This document shows positions 12,878 to 25,483 of a DNA stretch of 64,000 nucleotides, piece after piece (the first letter of the stretch is position 1; every line of letters starts with the position of its first letter). The notes below the pieces were generated by a model. That model ran no database searches and was not told the DNA's origin. It worked only from the letters and a program-made list of their open reading frames with translations. The translations under genes were made by a program, and so were the position numbers. Source of the stretch: Malacoraja senta (Eukaryota); NCBI GenBank assembly GCA_038087875.1, contig CM075987.1, forward strand, positions 20,832,001 through 20,896,000, written 5' to 3'.

Positions 12878-13785
12878 TACGATGTTGCCTGGCCTTAAGG
12901 GCCTGACCGATAAGAGAGAAATTGTAAGGACTCTACTTCTTGGAGTGCAAGAGGATGACAGGTGATCTTATAGCGGTGTACAAGATTATGAGGGGAATAG
13001 ATAGGGAAGATGTAGAGTAGGGGAAATCAAGAACCAGAGGACATAGGTTTAAGGTACGAGGGTACAGATTTAATAGGAATCAGAGGGGGATTTTTTTAAA
13101 TTTTTTAAACAGAGGGTCGTGAGTATATGGAATGGGCTGCCGGATGAGGAAGTTGAAGCAGAAACTACAGCAACATTTAAAAGACATTTAGACAGGTACA
13201 TGGATAGGAAAGTTTAGAGCAGCATTTCTCAACCGGGGTTCCCTGGAACACAAGGGTTCCGCGAGAGGTCGCTAGGGGTTCCGCGAGAAATAGTGATAAA
13301 AAGGCTAATCATGTGTAAATGCATTTGAGTCATTTCAAAATCTTGTGATGTTAACAGGGTTTATGTCATCTTTTGGTAATGATAAACGGTAGCAAGGCGT
13401 TCATCCATTCCACATACAATACACAAAACAGATTGCAGCAACACCGCCTTGGAATTTTACATTTTTAAAAAGCTCTCGGGTTTAATGTGCTCTGCAGAAT
13501 GATTGGAGTCGTTTATCACTTGATTCCTCCGAGACAAAAACAATTTGTTAACTGCCACTGTTAACGCTTGTTAACTGTCACTGTTATACGATGTGTCACC
13601 AATACATTGATTATGCATTCCTCAGTAAATATAATTGTGTTTTGACCTTCCGCAGGGGTCAAAAGGTTGAGAAACGCTGGTTTAGAGGGAGATGAGCCAA
13701 CATGGGCAGATGGAACGAGTATAGATGGGGCACATGGGCAAGCTGGGCCGAGGGGCCTGTTTCTGTGCTGTTAGACTCTAAATTA
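12878..13785 (+). mobile_element. CR1 3' fragment interrupted by a hAT MITE
   Basis: MLPGL...LYSLE.KRMTGDLIAVYKIMRGIDR remnants; 3' stem-loop GGGCCGAGGGGCCTGTTTCTG. Confidence 0.8.
13220..13679. mobile_element. hAT (Charlie-like) MITE
   Basis: TIR CAGCATTTCTCAACC / GGTTGAGAAACGCTG; perfect 8-bp TSD GTTTAGAG. Confidence 0.92.
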
Positions 13786-14759
13786 GAGGCCTCCCAGGTG
13801 TCCTGCCAGTATTCATTTTTGATTAGCATTACGAAAACAGGTTGCTCAGTTGGAACTCTTTGGCTATTTGTGGCACTTTGCTGTATTCAATGTACGAGTC
13901 GCCTATCCTACTAAACAATAACACCAAAAAGCTGTATTGGAATTGTGCAGGTCTTTTAACATTCTGACAGGTGGGGTAATAAAGCCGAACAAATATTATG
14001 GCATCAAGATCATAAAATGGTCAAAGTAACTCAGTTAAAATTCAAAGAAAGAAAGAAGCACGAGGTGGAATTAGCCTTTTGCAGATCAGGAATTTAATGC
14101 TTTAAATCAGGAAAATGAACAAAGTTCCCATACAAAATCGGAGACTATGAGAATAATGTAATGCATGCTTAAAATGGAAAGGAATAAGGAATTAATTAAA
14201 ACAAATAAAAACTTACTGATGCAATTTTTGCCCAAATAGGTTCTGCAACAAACTTAATAACCTGCCTGGAAGGTTTCTCATCTTCCGAATCATATTCGCC
14301 CTCCATGCCTTATCACAGTGCAGTTTAGGTCGGCACATTCTGAAGAAACCGTGTGCATTGGCAAAGGGTATAATGATGTCCCAGATAGGTACTGCTGCAT
14401 ATGGCTCCTGTGCTCATGTCACAAAGCCCCATGTCCTGTACCATTGTGCGAGTTCATTTGTCACAGTTAACTAGGACAAATTACTTAGTGCTACCTCGTT
14501 CCCTCCCTCAGGACATACACCCATACTGTGCAGCATTTAGAAGCAGCAGAGAGTGGCAGGGCAAAGAATGCACCAAATGGGGAGAACATCAGGAACAGTG
14601 GGTTTGCGGGGGCATTATTGACCAAGCTGCCATAGTCCTGAAGGATGTAGCTACTAGACTTGATCTGTGACAAATGGTGGGTGGAGAAGACATTAGAAAA
14701 GACAATTGTCTTCTTCCTCATAATCTATCAACTAAATGAAGCCACTTTCATCATGTCCT

Positions 14760-15131
14760 CAGCGGCCGCTCCAGACACTTCCAAGCCGCTGAGGACTTTC
14801 CACCCGATGCCGGTGTTCCAGCTTCCCGGCAGGTGGGCCTATAACATCGGGCTGCCGTTGCGGCGATTGGCTGCGGAGGCCTCAAACTGGCCCCGACCTC
14901 AGGTGGACTAGGAGGACTGGACATTTTGGTGCCTTTCCCTCACAGTGGAGAGTGTCGACTCTGCTGTGGGGGGATGTTCGTGTTGAATCTCTAATAGTGT
15001 GTCGTGTCTTTTTTTTCTACCTCTTTTTTTTTTTCATTTACATGGATAATTTTCTCTGTAAAGCACTTTGGCTTCAGTGATTGAAATTGATTGAAAAGTG
15101 CTATATAAATAAATTTACTTTACTTTACTTT
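14760..15131 (+). mobile_element. GC-rich non-autonomous retroposon-like element with L2-type tail
   Basis: Tail GTAAAGCACTTTG...GAAAAGTGCTATATAAATAAA(TTTAC)n; body homologous to 10330-10400. Confidence 0.65.
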
Positions 15132-15865
15132 GTCAATTAAGGAAGATGCAGAAAAAGCTGTTGAAACTTAGGCACTTGGCACAAAATTGTATTTCACCAG
15201 AGTATAATTTCATGACTCAGAAAATTCATGGGGGCAGATCATCTTCCCAATTCAGCAAGCAGTGTCGAATGGCACAAGGAACATTATTAATACTAAAGAA
15301 AACTTAATTAAGTTTGAACACTGCTAAGCAGTGAAGGAGGATCTTGTGGATATACTTATGCCATCTTACCATCATCATTTCAGATCAAAGTTCTGTAATC
15401 TAACCACATCCAACTAGTCATTTTCTCAATGGGATGCACAATCCCTTACGCCACTATCCCACATCAGGAGGGTGTGAGAGATTTCCACTTCTTTGACCGA
15501 CCTCACAAATTTCCCTCCAACACACTAATTCACCTGCCGAAATAAGAGAGTTCGGTATTTCGAAAGACGCAAAGAATCATGGGATTTGTGAAAGGTCACT
15601 CTTGATAAAGGAAAAAAGGAAAAGAGAACAAAGCGCTGATGATATAAACTCTCTCTCCCCCTTTTCTTTCCCTCCCCCCCCCCCCCCCCTGCCTCAGGTT
15701 CTTATTAAATCTTTCCCCTCTCACCTAAGCCCCCTAGTTTTTTTTGGTCCCAGAATATGGTCCCAGACAACTTTCCTTCCTCCCTTCAACCCCACCTGTT
15801 CCCGTATCCACCCTCCTTGCGTCCTCCGATGACTTACCTTTACCCAGTTAGATTAATTTTGTTTA

Positions 15866-16100
15866 GGGACACAGCATGGAAACGGTCCCTTCGGCCAACC
15901 AAGTCCACGCCGATCACCCGTTAGCACTTGTTCTACATTATCTCACTTTCTCATCCACTCGCTACACACTCGGGGCAATTTTCAGAGGCCAATTAATCTA
16001 CGAACCCGCACATCTTTGGAATGTGGAGGAAACTAACGTTATATTGCACAGGGAGAAAATGCAAACTCCACAGTGACCCAGGTCAGGGTCGAACCCGGGG
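15866..16100 (-). mobile_element. HE1/V-SINE (partial)
   Basis: CR1-derived tail, V-domain and B-box GGTTCGACCC on the minus strand. Confidence 0.75.
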
Positions 16101-17034
16101 CTTAGAATTGGCCAGACTTTCCCCACTACGTCCACATAAGCTCACCAAATACACCACCACCAATTGGCACATTTCACAGTAACATCATCAACATCTGCAT
16201 TACAGGGCATTTGATGTGTTGTAATATCTTGGTTCTGGTTTGTACCCTAAGGCCTTTCTCTTCCTGGGAATAATCTCCACCATCTGACATGTCATCAGCT
16301 CCGCCCAAACTCTGATATCAACTCCGCAAAATTGGCCCTCTCACACACGTTGTTGTCATGTGCAGTTTGTACACATTACATTGTCACTGCTGAGATTTCT
16401 GCATGGACCAGTGAAGAAGGGAGAAGTAGTGTCACTAACTCCAGTAGCAATTCAACAGCACTTGCAGCGCCGGAGACCCGGGTTCGAACCTGACTATGGA
16501 TGAAACGTAGGTCTGTATACTCGCAGCAGCACAGCTGCCGAGAATGTTCATCTCGAGTGACCTATGACCTGGGCTGCGCAGTTGAAACACTAAACTCGCT
16601 TATTGTCTTCACAGTAAATAACATCTCCTTCAACTCCACATCATTCTCCAGATCAAAGGAGATTTGTGGGATACAGGAAGGAGTCTCTGTTTCAATCCTA
16701 CATGGGTCGCTCAGTCACTTTTTCCAGCCCCATGCTTCACACTTTTTACCTCTTCCTCCTCCTATTGTCCTATGTTCTTAAAATAGATTTTTTCCAATTG
16801 TGCTTACTGATCTATACCAGTGTATCAGTTTTAATTTTTCAGACACTAGAGGCCTTAGTCTTCAAGTCCATGCCAACCATCACATTTGGGGCAGGGCAGC
16901 TGCTCATTCAAAGTCAATGGATCACAGGTTCAATCTGCTCTTCATGTTGAACAATACAACGATGCACAAAACTGTACATGTATAACTAGGTCTTGAAAGT
17001 TATAGGTTGAGGAAAAATAGAGTCACAGATTGAT

Positions 17035-17610
17035 GGAGTGATACAGTGTGGAAACAGGCCTTTCGGCCCAACATGCCAACACTGGCCAATATATCCCAAC
17101 TATACTAGTCCCACCTGCCTGCGCTTGGTCCATATACCTCCAAACATGTCCTACCCATGAACCTGTCTAACTGTTTCTTAAATGTTGGGATAGTCCCAGC
17201 TTCAACTACCTACTCTGGCAGCTTGCTTCATACACCCACCACCCTTTGTGTGAAAAAGTTACCTCTCGGGTTCCTATTAAATCTTTTCCCCTTCAGCTTG
17301 AACCTATGTCCTCTGGTCCTTGATTCGCCTACTCTGGGCAAGATATTCTGTGCATCTACCCGATTTATTCCTCTCATGATTTTATACACCTCTATAAGAT
17401 CACCCCTCATCCTCCTGCGCTCCATGGAATAGAGACCCAGCCTACTCAACCTCTCCCAATAGCTCAGATTCTCTAGTCCTGGCAACATCCTCGTAAATGT
17501 TCTCTGAACCCTTTCAAGCTGGACAATATCTTTCCTCTAATATGGTGCCCAGAATTGAACACAATACTCTCAATGCAGTCCCACCAAAGTCTTATACAAC
17601 TGCAACATGC
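17035..17610 (-). mobile_element. CR1 LINE 3' fragment
   Basis: ORF 17228..17488 MLPGLENLSYWERLSRLGLYSMERRRMRGDLIEVYKIM. Confidence 0.9.
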
Positions 17611-18265
17611 AGCATTACAAAGTGCAGAATGGCTATTATGGATTTGATACCAAGAATACTGCACCGTAGGATGAATGCTATGATCGCTGTTGCAGGGGAG
17701 CAAATTCCATAATGAATAGCGCTGTAGCCAGAAGTGAGATGCTCAAGCATTTTATTTGCAATTCAAGGTTATTTTGGCGCTATCCAATGACAAATCACTG
17801 ACCTGAAAATAGTAACTATTTCTCACATCACCACTGGTGCACTTCCATCACTTTGTTCAATTCATGAAACATTACTACTTTACATTCAATTGTTCCCTTA
17901 ATTGGGGTAATTAAACACTACAATAAAATGTTTAACATTGATGGACACTGCCAACCGAACTATGGGAACAACTGCACATAGATGCCTAAAACAATCAAAC
18001 AAACAAACAATGCTTTTGCAACCGTCAGCCACAAAAGCAAGGGTATGATATATCTTGGGCTTCTCCTAACTCCTTGTCATCATTGAATTGAAGTCTTCAG
18101 CCAATTTAATTTATTCAATTTGTTTAAGAACAAAAATATAAGCAGCAGTTTTATAGAGATTTGTCCAGGTATTTCCAGTCCAATCGGGTCAATTCATGAG
18201 AAAGTCTCTGACATTCGACCCAGTACAAAGACAATTGTGGTTGTTGGCCTGAGGATACTACTCCA

Positions 18266-21034
18266 GAAACATAGAAACATAGAAAATAGGTGCAGGAGTA
18301 GGCCATTCGGCCCTTCGAGCCTGCACCGCCATTCAATATGATCATGGCTGATCATCCAACTCAGTATCCCGTACCTGCTTTCTCTCCATACCCCCTGATC
18401 CCTTTAGCCACAAGGGACACATCTAACTCCCTCTTAAATATAGCCAATGAACAGGCCCCCACTACATTCTGTGGCAGAGAATTCCAGAGATTCACCACTC
18501 TCTGTGTAAAAAATGTTTTTCTCATCTCAGTCCTAAAAGATTTCCCCTTTATCCTTAAACTGTGACCCCTTGTTCTGGACTCCCTCAACATCGGGAACAA
18601 TCTTCCTACATTTAGCGTGTCCAACCCCTTGAGAATTTTGTAAGTTTCTATAAGATCCCCCCCTCAGTCTTCTAAATTCCAGCGAGTACAAGCCAAGTCT
18701 ATCCAGTCTTTCTTCATATGAAAGTCCTGACATCCCAGGAATCAGTCTGGTGAACCTTCTCTGTACTCCCTCTATGGCAAGAATGTCCTTCTTCAGATTA
18801 GGAGAACAAAACTGTACGCAATACTCCAGGTGTGGTCTCACCAAGACCCTGTACAACTGCAGTAGAACCTCCCTGCTCCTATACTCAAATCCTTTTGCTA
18901 TGAATGCCAACATACCATTCGCTTTCTTCACAGCCTGCTGCACCTGCATGCCCACTTTCAATGACTGGTGTACCATGACACCCAGGTCTCGTTGCATCTC
19001 CCCTTTTCCTAATCGGTCACCATTCAGGTAATAGTCTACTTTCCTGTTTTTGCCACCAAAGTGGATAACCTCACATTTATCCACATTATACTGCATCTGC
19101 CATGCATTTGCCCACTCACCCAGCCTATCCAAGTCATCTTTCAGCCTCCTAGCACCCTCCTCACAGCTAACACTGCCCCCCAGCTTCGTGTCATCCGCAA
19201 ACCTGGAGATGTTGCATTCAATTCCCTCGTCCAGATCATTAATATATATATTGTAAATAGCTGAGGTCCCAGCACTGAGCCTTGCGGTACCCCACTAGTC
19301 ACTGCCTGCCATTCTGAAAAGGACCCGTTTACTCCTACTCTTTGCTTCCTGTCTGCCAGCCAGTTCTCTATCCACATCAATACTGAACCCCCAATACCGT
19401 GTGCTTTAAGTTTGTATATTAATCTCTTATGTGGGACCTTGTCGAAAGCCTTCTGAAAGTCCAGATATAACACATCCACTGGTTCTCCCTTATCCACTCT
19501 ACTAGTTACATCCTCGAAAAATTCTATAAGATTCGTCAGACATGATTTACCTTTCATAAATCCATGCTGACTTTGTCCAATGATTTCACTATTTTCCAAA
19601 TGTGTTGCTATCCCGTCTTTAATAACTGACTCTAGCAGTTTCCCCACTACCGATGTTAGACTAACTGGTCTGTAATTCCCCGTTTTCTCTCTCCCTCCAT
19701 CCCTTTTAAAAAAAGTGGGGTTACATTAGCTACCCTCCAATCATCAGGAACTACTCCAGAATCTAAAGAGTTTTGAAAAATTATCACTAATGCATCCACT
19801 ATTTCTGGGGCTACTTCCTTAAGTACTCTGGGATGCAGCCTATCTGGCCCTGGGGATTTATCGGCCTTTAATCCATTCAATTTACCTAACACCACTTCCC
19901 GGCTAACCTGGATTTCACTCAGTTCCTCCATCTCATTTGACCCCCCGGTCCCCTGCTATTTCCGGCAGATTAATTAAGTCTTCCTTAGTGAAGACAGAAC
20001 CAAAGTAGTTATTCAATTGGTCTGCCATGTCCTTGTTCCCCATGATCAGTTCACCTGTTTCTAACTGCAAGGACCTACATTTGTTTTAACTAATCTTTTT
20101 CTCTTGACATATCTATAAAAACTTTTGCAGTCAGTTTTTATGTTCCCTGCCAGTTTTCTTTCATAATCTATTTTCCCTTTCCTAATTCAACCCTTTGTCC
20201 TCCTCTGCTGGACTCTGAATTTCTCCCAGTCCTCTGTTAGGCTGCTTTTTCTGGCTAATTTGTATGCTTCATCTTTTGTTTTGATACTATCCCTGATTTC
20301 CCTTGTTATCCACGGATGCACTACCTTCCCTGATTTATTCTTTTGCCAAACTGGGATGAACAATTGTTGTAGTTCATCCATGCAGCCTTTAAATGCCTTC
20401 CATTGCATATCCACCGTCAACCCTTTAAGAATCAATTGCCAGTCTATCTTGGCCAATTCACGTCTCATTCCCTCAAAGTTACCTTTCTTTAAGTTCAGAA
20501 CCCTTGTTTCTGAATTAATTATGTCACTCTCCATCCTAATGAAGAACTCAACCATATTATGGTCACTCTTGCCCAAGGGGCCACGCACAACAAGCCTGCT
20601 AACTAACCCTTCCTCATTACTCAATACCCAGTCTAGAATAGCCTGCTCTCTCGTTGGTTCCTCTACATGTTGATTTAGAAAACTATCCCGCATACATTCC
20701 AAGAAATCCTCTTCCTCAGCACCCCTGCCAATTTGATTCACCCAATCTATATGTAGATTGAAGTCACCCATTATAACTGTTTTACCTTTGTTGCACGCAT
20801 TTCTAATTTCCTGTTTGATGCCATCCCCAACTCCACTACTACTGTTAGGTGGCCTGTACACAACTCCCACTAGCGTTTTCTGCCCCTTAGTGTTTCGCAG
20901 CTCTACCCATATCGATTCCACATCCTCCAAGCTAATGTCCTTCCTTTCTATTGCGTTAATCTCCTCTCTAACCAGCAACCCTACCCCACCTCCTTTTCCT
21001 TTCTGTCTATCCTTCCTGAATATTGAATATCCCT
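18266..21034 (-). mobile_element. CR1 (HER1-like) LINE, 5'-truncated, near-complete frameshifted ORF2 (APE endonuclease + RT)
   Basis: Endonuclease motifs VVYRPP, MGDFN, ILDWVL, SDHN; RT motifs QHGF, YLDFQKAFDKV, SGVPQGSVLGP; (TTTCTATG)n tail. Confidence 0.97.
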
Positions 21035-21339
21035 CTGATATTCTGAGAAGCTCCTCTGATCAGTGTCCATGACTCAACAAACTTTAAGCTGTGTAATCAT
21101 TGACTTGTCTTCCAATGCAAAGTCAGAATCATACAATGTGCCATTAAACACATCATGGTACGTCACTTAAAAATGTGCTGTAGTGGCCATTTGGCCTGTT
21201 TTGCATGTCATTGATGATGGCATGTGCCTTTAAATTTTAGACTGCCCGTTATATTGTGAGTGGGATTTATGACGTGTTTTGGGGCGTGTTTGGAGCTAAG
21301 ATGCTTGCGTAGAAGTTTAGTTTGTAGTGTAGTTTGGAG

Positions 21340-21735
21340 CAAAGATCCTATAGCGAGCAAGATAGTTCACTCGATGAAAAAGACGTAGTACGGTCATGGG
21401 CAGATTCATGGGTAATTTTCGGCCCCATTTTCTTAACCAGCTTCCATCTCCGCACCAAAGATCCCATACGATACTAGTGCAGAGACGGAAGCCGGTTACG
21501 GAAAAATCCTCGTAAAAATATAAGTTATTTGGTAAAAATCTTCTCCTCATTTTCAGAATTTTAATTTATTAACACAAACTGTTCCCCCGCAACGTTGATT
21601 ACACTGTGAGTCGGGTCGGGTCAGGTTACGGAAATGGATGAAAAAAAAGGCCTACGTTCCGTTCCGTTGCGTACTATACGTCAGCCCATTACATTTAGCA
21701 GGAGTGATCTATCTTGCTCTGCTATAGGATCTTTG
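21340..21735. mobile_element. hAT-superfamily MITE
   Basis: TIR CAAAGATCCTATAGC / GCTATAGGATCTTTG; perfect 8-bp TSD GTTTGGAG. Confidence 0.9.
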
Positions 21736-22359
21736 GTTTGGAGCGACTAGGGAGAAGGTTAACCCTTCGAGCCATGTGAGCCATAAAGGAGATCATGCGA
21801 GGTGTAAAGGAAATCATGCGGAGTGTAATGGAGACACGAGGAGTTTTCTAACGTTTGAAGTAATAAGCTGGAGTTCGATGAAGATTGTAGTAACGAGTCG
21901 GGAGAAATTTGGATGTATCTGTTTTCCATCAACAATAAAGCATTTATTCATCAAAAGACTGTGTTTTGAAGCCATATCTGTGAAGAAGCTCTGAAGATCT
22001 CTGTGAGCCAGCTCGCATGTGTACCGAAGATATTCCCCTTATCCATGCTCATCCATTTAGTGGCTAGAGAGTTAATTTATCGAAAGATATGAAAATCTGC
22101 CGCTACATGTGCTATCTCATCTAATATCATCTTCCAAACGTTCTGCTACTGTCGGATATGGCCCTGGATGTATGCATACCATTAAGATTCGTATTTTATG
22201 AAGGTTTCTGCACCTACCATCCTCTGAGTAAAAATATTCAACTTCCCTCCACAAATACTTTAAATCCATGCCACCAAGTTTAAAACAAAAACTATACTGC
22301 CAGGTTTTAATTTCTACCTGAGGAGAAATAGGCATTGCAGCATTTTCTGCTCCTCAGTC

Positions 22360-23399
22360 AAGTCTCCCTTCAGCCTCCTCTGTTGCAAAGAAAACAACTT
22401 CAACCCATACAATCTTGCCTTAAAGCTAAAACGTTTCCAGTCCTGGCAACATCCTCACAAATTTCATTAAAATTAAAATAATGCTGGAAACAGTCAGGAA
22501 AAGAAAAAAAGTTAATGTTTCAGATCGGCGACCCTTCATTGGATCCGATTTGATTGGATAGGTGTCTCAGACTTGAAACATGAACAATTTTAGTTTGCAA
22601 ACACCTGCAGTTTTTTTTAATCTTCATAAATCTCCTTTGCACTCTCTCCAGTGCTATCTCATCTTTCCAGTGATGCGGCACCAGAGCTAATGTAATACCC
22701 TGATACGGGTCTAACAAATGCTATAAAACTGTTCTAAATTCACCTATCTGCTTTTGTACCGAATACCCTTTTAAAATGACTATTGACCTATTCTCGTCCA
22801 CTCTATCTGGGCCTTTCATTATCCGGTAGGTTACAATGAGGACCACCCCCCCCCCCCCCATATATCTAAACTCCAGTGAGTACAGGCCCAGAGCCATCAA
22901 AAGTTCCTCATATGTTAACCCAGTCATCCACAGGATCAGTCTCATTAACCACATCTGGACCCTCTCCAGCACATCCTACATCATATGTGGCCTAAAACTG
23001 CTCACAAATTTGAAAAATGTGGTCCTTGCTTTTATATTCTAGTTCCCTCGAAATGAAAGCTACCATTGCATTTGCCTTCCTTACCAACAACTCAACTGCA
23101 AATTAACCATTTGGAAATACTGCGCCAGCAATTCCAAGTCCCTTTGCACCTCCAATATTGATATAGATCCGGTACAGATCAGGTGAATAGGTCAGCCTTT
23201 TTCCCCAGTGTAGGAGAGTCTAAAACTAGACACCAGAGGGCACAGGTGTAAGGCAAGAAGATAAAGACTTAAAGGGGACAAGGGGCAAGATTTTTCAGAG
23301 GGTGGTGGGTATATGGTCCATGGGTATATGGACGGGAAAGGAATGGAGGGTTATGGTCTGAGTGCAGGTAGATGGGACTAGGGGGGAAGTATTTTATTT

Positions 23400-23439
<40 letters not shown>

Positions 23440-23600
23440 AAATGTTCGGCACGGACTTGAAGGGCCGAGATGGCCTGTTTCCGTGCTGTTATGGTTATAT
23501 GGTTATATGGTTATATGGAACAAGCTGCCTGAGGAAGTGGTAGGTAAATTTACAATGGACAAATGCAGGCAAATGGAACTGACTATCTGAGCTAGGCAGC
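22360..23600. mobile_element. Cluster of CR1 fragments (minus about 22360-23155, plus about 23170-23600), degraded pLTR repeat at about 22480-22545, poly-A at 23407-23437
   Basis: ORFs with ALERVQRRF and LGLYSLEFR motifs. Confidence 0.7.
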
Positions 23601-23869
23601 TGTATAACTATGATTTTATGAGTTTGTGCTGTATAACTTTATGATTTTAATAAAAAGGTAAAACCATCAGCACAGGGATGGCTTGTCATGTCACTCTTGA
23701 GCACAAATTACCTTGACCAAATGAATATTGTGTCTGCAAGAGGAGATTAATGGCTGGCTCAAATCTAAATTGTTGAAGCTTCATTGACAAGTCTTTCAGG
23801 CATGTGATCAAATCCTCTCCACAAGGCTGACTCAATACTTGACAGGATAAAGAAACTCTTGGAGTTGGA

Positions 23870-24525
23870 TTCACAGAGCATGGAAACAGGCCCTTAGGCC
23901 CAATTTGTTCATGCCGACCAAGATGCCCCATCTAAGGTATTTGCCCACTTTGAGCCCATATCCTTCTAAACCTTTCCTAACCATGTATCTGTCTGAAGAA
24001 GGGTCTCGACCCGAAACGTCACTCTTTACTTCTCTCCAGAGATGCTGCCTGACCCACTGAGTTACTCCAGCATTTTGCATCTACTTTTGATTTAAACCAG
24101 GATCTGCAGTTCTTTCCTACACATGTACCTGTCCAAGTGTCTTTTAAATACTAGTGCAATTTAAATACTTTTAAATTAAAGTGTCTGCCTCAACTATCTC
24201 TTCTGGCAACTCATTCCATATACCTGCTGTTCTGAGTGAAAAAGTTGTCTCTCGGGTTGCCATTAAATCTTTTACCGATCACCCTAAGCATATGCCCGCT
24301 TGCTTTTAATTCACCTACGCTGGGGAATTCACTCTATCTAATCCCCTCATGATTTTATACATCTCTATGAGATCACCCTTCAGCCTCCTGCGTACCAAGG
24401 AATAAAGTCCTAGTCTGAGTCCCTACAACTCAGTCCCTTCAATCCTGGCATCATCCTCGTAAGTTTTCTCTGCAATCTTTACAGATTAATGTCATCTTTC
24501 CTATAGCAGGGTGACCAAAACTGAA
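23870..24525 (-). mobile_element. CR1 3' fragment interrupted by a Penelope-derived insert
   Basis: Homologous to 17035-17610. Confidence 0.8.
23991..24121 (+). mobile_element. Penelope pLTR-derived insert with intact minimal hammerhead core (23993-24020)
   Basis: CTGAAGA-AGGGTCTCGACCC-GAAACGTC; direct repeat CATGTAYCTGTC (23982-23993 / 24122-24133). Confidence 0.82.
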
Positions 24526-25483
24526 AACTTGACTTACACTTGGCTCACCTGAACTTTGCTTCCTCTGTTATTACTGCAGCATGGATATACTGTATTTACA
24601 TTTGCACACTAACAATTTGATATCACCCCTTAAGCAGAGAACCTTTACCACTTAGAAGGCAGGCAGCAGAGGTGACAACACCCCGTATCTTCCTTTATCA
24701 ACAACACTTTCACAGCATGATATAAAAGGAAAAGTGACTATCCTTTGTGGCCATGCAGTGTATAAATTAGTCAAGAGGCTTTTTCCTTGCAGGAAATAAT
24801 AAATTGGTGTGGACAAGCTTACGATATAGAAACAAGACAGTCATGCTGCTTCAAGTTGGTCGCTGTTCAATCTTTGATAATCTGCATTTGAACTTAATTT
24901 CTCAATCTTGCTTCCATATCTGTTTAAAATCTGGCAACCTGTTTGGAAAATTGACCTGTAGCTTTAGCAAAAATGTTTTTGGGTAGATCATGGGAAGAAA
25001 GAATTCCATATTTCCAATCATCTTTGTGAGGTGATGAATGATAGGATACATGAATGCAATATTTCATTTGGCCGAAAAAGAACAAAACCAAAATTGCCGC
25101 TTGTGTTAAACACCAAACAATAAAACACAGAAACAGATAATTCAGCCAGCAAAGTCTACGCTGACCATGATGCCAATCTAACACTCACATCTACCTCCAT
25201 CTGTATCCCACTATTTCCTGCTCAGTTAAATGTCTTTCTAATTGTACCTTAGATACTATACTATTGTATCTGCACCCATCACCTTTCCTGACAACGTGTT
25301 GAGGCACATAACCCCGAATTCACATCTCTTTTAGACTTCTTCCCCCCCCCTCACCTTATATTTATGCCCTCCAGCGTTTCACATTTGCATCCTCAAAAAA
25401 GGTTTGGACTGATTACTCTATCCATGCCTCTCATAATTCTACATCAATGATTATATTGATGTTAAAACAAATTTATTTCTTAC

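Noticed and set aside
16455-16500. tRNA-like B-box GGTTCGAACC
   Set aside because: Isolated SINE head fragment with no cloverleaf; not a tRNA gene.
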